Assembly (NCBI RefSeq): GCF_023055435.1
Contig: NW_025963779.1
Location: 13,888,001-13,952,000 of the forward strand
Length of the DNA: 64,000 nt
Source: Haliotis rufescens
Lineage: Eukaryota
Direction: 5' to 3'
The notes beneath the pieces are model-generated. The model ran no database searches, had not been told where the DNA came from, and worked only from the letters and a program-made list of their open reading frames with translations. The position numbers and the translations under genes are program-made. Below, piece by piece: positions 62,819 through 64,000 of this stretch. Each line of letters starts with the position of its first letter. Positions within the stretch are counted from its first letter, which is position 1.

Positions 62819-63070
62819 AGTACACCAGCAGCAGCAGCACCACCACCACCAGCAGCAGCAGCAGCAGCAGCAGCACAACGCCACCACCAGTGCATCAGCA
62901 AACATGTGAGTTCGGGATCGTGGGCGAATGTAAGCATGAACACGAGGAGTGTGTACTGCGGGAGGGCTCCAAGTCTCGCATGGGGCTTTGTAAGTGTGAG
63001 CAGGACTACCATCGGGACGACAGCTTCAATTGTGTGCCGGCTGACCTGGTCCCAGGAAACAAGCCTAAAG
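62819..63070 (+). CDS. Ser/Thr-rich linker plus six-Cys module exon of the KIAA0319-like gene
   Basis: tttttcag acceptor, AAAG|gtaacc donor, phase 1-1 compatible with 36309. Reads EYTSSSSTTTT...CEFGIVGECKHEHEECVLREGSKSRMGLCKCEQDYHRDDSFNC. Confidence 0.8.
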
Positions 63071-63189
63071 GTAACCATGTTTCTTTGCCATACTTACAAG
63101 TATTGTTTAGCTAGTCTTAATTGTGCAATATTTGCAGTATTTATAAACAAAATATGTTGTGTTGTGTGACATGTACTCATGAACTCAAT

Positions 63190-63415
63190 GGAGATTTCGG
63201 GTTAGAATTGGTCTCTCGCAGCCTATGCTGGTCAGAAGAGGCGACCAAATTAAACATGTGGTCAGACTCGGTGACTTGGTTGATTGTGTGTCATCGTATG
63301 GTGTGGATCAATGCTCACAATTTCAGTCACTGGATTGTCTGGTCCAGATTTGATTATTTACAGGCTGCCTTCATATAGCTGGAATATTGCTGTGTTGTGT
63401 TAAACAACAAAGAAA
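63190..63415 (+). mobile_element. Family C short retroposon (diverged)
   Basis: gggttagaattggtc...gctggaatattgctg...aaacaacaaa. Confidence 0.7.
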
Positions 63416-64000
63416 CAATTTACTCGAGAGTGGTACCCTAATATGCTATCATTTAGTGCTGAAGGAACCTAAAACTTACGTCACCTATAACTTGCAAAAT
63501 ATAATGTAAAACATATTGTAATGGAAATCAATACAGTATTCATAGTATATCTGACTATTGGTTTAGTCGAATCCTTGGAGGCACCAGGGACTTCCTGTCA
63601 ATTCTCAAGGAAGTGCTTAATGAGGATGCTGATGGATTTTACTGATATTTTAAAATAACTCGAGGACATTATTGTAAAGATTGGTCTGAATTTGATCGTG
63701 AAAGTGTAATATAACCATGAAGTTCTGAATAACGTGAAATCAAATACTGCTTCAAGTAAAAGTGAAACAACAAATTAGTGACTGAAAATAGAATCTGTCT
63801 TATAATTGGTCTCACTTGCAATTTGCCCTACAATGTTATTGATAGCTTTGATAAACAGAAAATGAAAGCACAGTAAAGAATAGAGGCTTCCGCCAATGGG
63901 TCATTTGTGTTTATTTGACTGGTCAAGCTAAATTATTTACTGCTCATAAATATCAATCTCTGATTTACAGGATGCCATCATATAGCTGGAATATTCATAA

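Overview
Eukaryotic, repeat-rich invertebrate genomic DNA. The repeat families and genes point to a mollusc, probably a gastropod such as abalone (inference). Host genes: (1) two tandem 5-exon GILT/IFI30 thiol-reductase paralogs on + (3894-9586 and 15195-18575; the second has an in-frame TGA replacing a Cys); (2) a 2-exon PTRHD1 on - (24395-22429); (3) the 5' part of a large + strand gene with signal peptide, MANSC/MANEC domain and Cys-rich module, probably KIAA0319-like (exons at 35190-35396, 36007-36309, 62819-63070). The rest is mobile DNA: a Tc1/mariner inserted into a CR1/L2-type LINE carrying a 2A-like peptide, an Academ-like relic, four modular short retroposon families, many MITEs with 2/5/6/8/9-bp TSDs, and four large minisatellites. 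Best observations: a complete 429-bp miniature LTR retrotransposon (TRIM) whose LTRs embed a tRNA-Arg-like Pol III promoter (PBS-Lys, PPT, 4-bp TSD, plus a solo LTR), and a 57-bp tandem amplification of the GILT-1 exon-2/intron junction giving 15 in-frame splice donors. Most long ORFs in the supplied track are tandem-repeat artefacts. Coordinates of degenerate repeats are approximate.
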